8,410 nucleotides of DNA from IMG/VR virus record IMGVR_UViG_2690316318_000015, one strand, 5' to 3'. The position numbers were made by a program, and so were the translations under genes. The DNA is from a virus. Its lineage: Duplodnaviria; Heunggongvirae; Uroviricota; Caudoviricetes. Positions within the stretch are counted from its first letter, which is position 1. Every line of letters begins with the position of its first letter. The notes under the pieces were generated by a model. The model saw nothing but the letters and a program-made list of their open reading frames with translations. It was not told the DNA's origin and searched no databases. Positions 6,920 to 8,410 of this stretch are shown piece by piece.

Positions 6920-7504
6920 TTTTGCTTGATGATACGTTGATTTCATTTTTCCCTTAACGTGTTCACAGTTCCTTTCGACGTTTTAGTTATTTTTTCTTCT
7001 TCATACAATGGCGGCAATTACTTTCTTTTATTTTTATTATCGTGGATGTTAATACCAGAACTTCTGACCCTACGATGCATGTTTTTTGTATATTATCTGT
7101 ATCAGGCAAAGAGTGGCGCAAATTGTGGATGGTGGGGGAGTATAACCCGGAAGAGTTTACATTTTTGAACGGTATTTTTTGTAATGTAAAGGAAAATCTG
7201 TGTCGGAATGATCGCTATTTGGGTGCAGATGGCAGAAGGAGTGGGGAAATAAATAATAATTCTACGATGATATTATTTGGTTGTATCGGTTAGTGATGAA
7301 CTCAGGTCGCCAGATGCTGCACTATCTCCGGCGTGGATGATGCTTTCAGTCTCAGACTTACTGACATCGCTCAATGGGATTCTTTCGTCCTCAGTGAGCG
7401 CATCGAAACCATAACTAACCAATTGAATAGCCTGCAAGAGTATGTGAGATCACAGTGTTCATATTAGAAAAGTCTTATCATAAGATTTTTTATATGGATG
7501 CATT

Positions 7505-7891
7505 ATGTCTCAATACGCTCGTGCCGCTTTAATTGCTTATAATTTGGTTGCCGATAAATCAATGTCTCCTCGTGAGGCTTGGGACGCCGCTGTTGCTAAG
7601 GTTACAAAAAGCGAATCCTCAAGAAAGAAGGGATGCCCAAGGGCAACGTTTCTCGCCTTGGCGGATTGCGGTTATCTGAAGAATGTAGAACCACAGTATG
7701 GGGAGAAAAAAGGCGGTAAGTTGTACCAAAGGGCGGTTGAAGTTGCGAATCTGATTCTTGATTTACCCGGAATTAGCAAAGCTGAGTTAGTTGATAAAAC
7801 TTGCTATAAAGACGGGCAAGGGTCTTATGACATTGTGCTAACACTCGCTCAGTGCGGATTTCTCCAACGCCCTCAGCAAGATATTAAGTGA
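7505..7891 (+). CDS. Hypothetical protein, 128 aa, no family recognised
   Basis: Clean ORF with even codon usage, followed 8 nt later by a hairpin and T-tract. Two related Cys-containing motifs (FLALADCGYL and LTLAQCGFL) about 65 residues apart suggest an internal duplication. No clear Shine-Dalgarno. Confidence 0.5.
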   Translation: MSQYARAALIAYNLVADKSMSPREAWDAAVAKVTKSESSRKKGCPRATFLALADCGYLKNVEPQYGEKKGGKLYQRAVEVANLILDLPGISKAELVDKTCYKDGQGSYDIVLTLAQCGFLQRPQQDIK

Positions 7892-7898
7892 TTTATGG

Positions 7899-7921
7899 CC
7901 TCGCTGTTAGCGGGGTTTTTT
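7899..7921 (+). terminator. Rho-independent terminator after the 128-aa ORF
   Basis: 6-bp stem CCTCGC / GCGGGG (one G-U pair), loop TGTTA, then TTTTTT. Confidence 0.5.
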
Positions 7922-7930
7922 CATATCTGA

Positions 7931-8062
7931 ATCTCACCACCGGATGCACTGACTGGCTTCGTGGCTGTTTTCAACAGTGAGGAGGCATCGTGGCATCTCG
8001 TTGAAGACCCGCGGGGTAAGACTGTCAGTGGCGTGGCTTCAGGTAATGCGCTATCCCTTTAA
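7931..8062 (+). pseudogene. Remnant of a lambda-type tail-fibre assembly gene (tfa), internal ~43 codons only
   Basis: Frame reads [43 protein letters not shown], close to the remembered lambda Tfa mid-region (...[39 protein letters not shown]...). No start codon and the C-terminal half is missing. Confidence 0.65.
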
Positions 8063-8064
8063 AA

Positions 8065-8081
8065 GGGAGGTTATACCTCCC
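8065..8081. terminator. Hairpin GGGAGG-TTATA-CCTCCC containing the acetyltransferase stop codon; possible bidirectional terminator
   Basis: Perfect 6-bp GC-rich stem flanked by AAAA upstream and TTTCTTT downstream on the + strand. Confidence 0.45.
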
Positions 8082-8320
8082 TTTCTTTGCAAACGTTAAC
8101 TTTCTTAGTATAGCAAATCGAATTTGAGGGTATATCCTTATTTACAAATGTAAAAGCACCAATTTTTACATTATCACCTATAGTAATGTTATCTGCGATA
8201 ATACAGGAGTTCGCTCCAATATTTACATTGTCACCAATGCTAATTCTATTAGTATTGTTGTTTTTTAAGCCAATTGTTGTGTTTTGCCTTATATTGAAGT
8301 TTCTACCAATTGTGGCATAT
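8071..8320 (-). pseudogene. Hexapeptide-repeat (left-handed beta-helix) acetyltransferase, 3' fragment of ~83 codons, 5' end removed by the IS insertion
   Basis: Minus-strand translation YATIGRNFNIRQNTTIGLKNNNTNRISIGDNVNIGANSCIIADNITIGDNVKIGAFTFVNKDIPSNSICYTKKVNVCKEREV* has the [LIV]-G-x-x-x-x periodicity and a typical C-terminus. Very AT-rich. No start codon; the frame ends at the IS junction. Confidence 0.65.
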
Positions 8321-8410
8321 TGATCCTACCCATGTAATATGGACACAAGCCTAAGCGAGGTTCTGATTTTCAAATTGTTCCGGACTGAGACCGCCACACC
8401 AACTGTGCCG
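8321..8410 (-). mobile_element. Right end of an IS3-family element (terminal inverted repeat plus the last codons of transposase orfB); the rest lies beyond the window
   Basis: Reverse complement ...CAGTTGGTGTGGCGGTCTCAGTCCGGAACAATTTGAAAATCAGAACCTCGCTTAGGCTTGTGTCCATATTACATGGGTAGGATCA closely matches the remembered right end of IS3 (a few mismatches). Terminal TGATC...; minus-strand frame ends ...SWCGGLSPEQFENQNLA* with stop at 8351..8353. Confidence 0.7.

Noticed and set aside
1-8410. CRISPR array or other short tandem repeat array
   Set aside because: No regularly spaced short direct repeats with unique spacers; the only repeats are the large segmental duplications and the three pix sites.

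Overview
This window looks like the right end of an e14-type defective prophage from an Escherichia/Shigella-like genome, followed by flanking chromosome. All identifications are from reading the sequence and ORF translations against remembered protein families; no database search was run, and hand-counted coordinates of small sites may be off by 1-2 bp. The prophage part holds the tail-fibre host-range switch (26-bp pix crossover sites, tail-fibre variable segments, a Tfa chaperone fragment, Pin invertase) and the McrA methyl-directed HNH endonuclease. The switch is not in its canonical form: pin plus the first 376 bp of mcrA occurs twice (459..1576 and 2907..4024, apparently identical), there are three pix sites all in the same orientation, and two junctions fall outside any pix site. 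This is either a real duplicated and scrambled locus or a chimeric assembly of a population mixed for the two inversion states; the sequence alone cannot decide. The prophage ends near 4716 at a displaced 3' fragment of icd, followed by the icd terminator. Downstream are an alpha/beta hydrolase divergent from a LysR-type regulator carrying a frameshift in an A7 run, an AT-rich stretch, a 128-aa protein of unknown function, a second unrelated tfa remnant, a hexapeptide-repeat acetyltransferase 3' fragment, and the end of an IS3-family element that truncates it. I do not see a convincing new multi-gene system; the rearranged switch and the unknown 128-aa protein are the items most worth follow-up.
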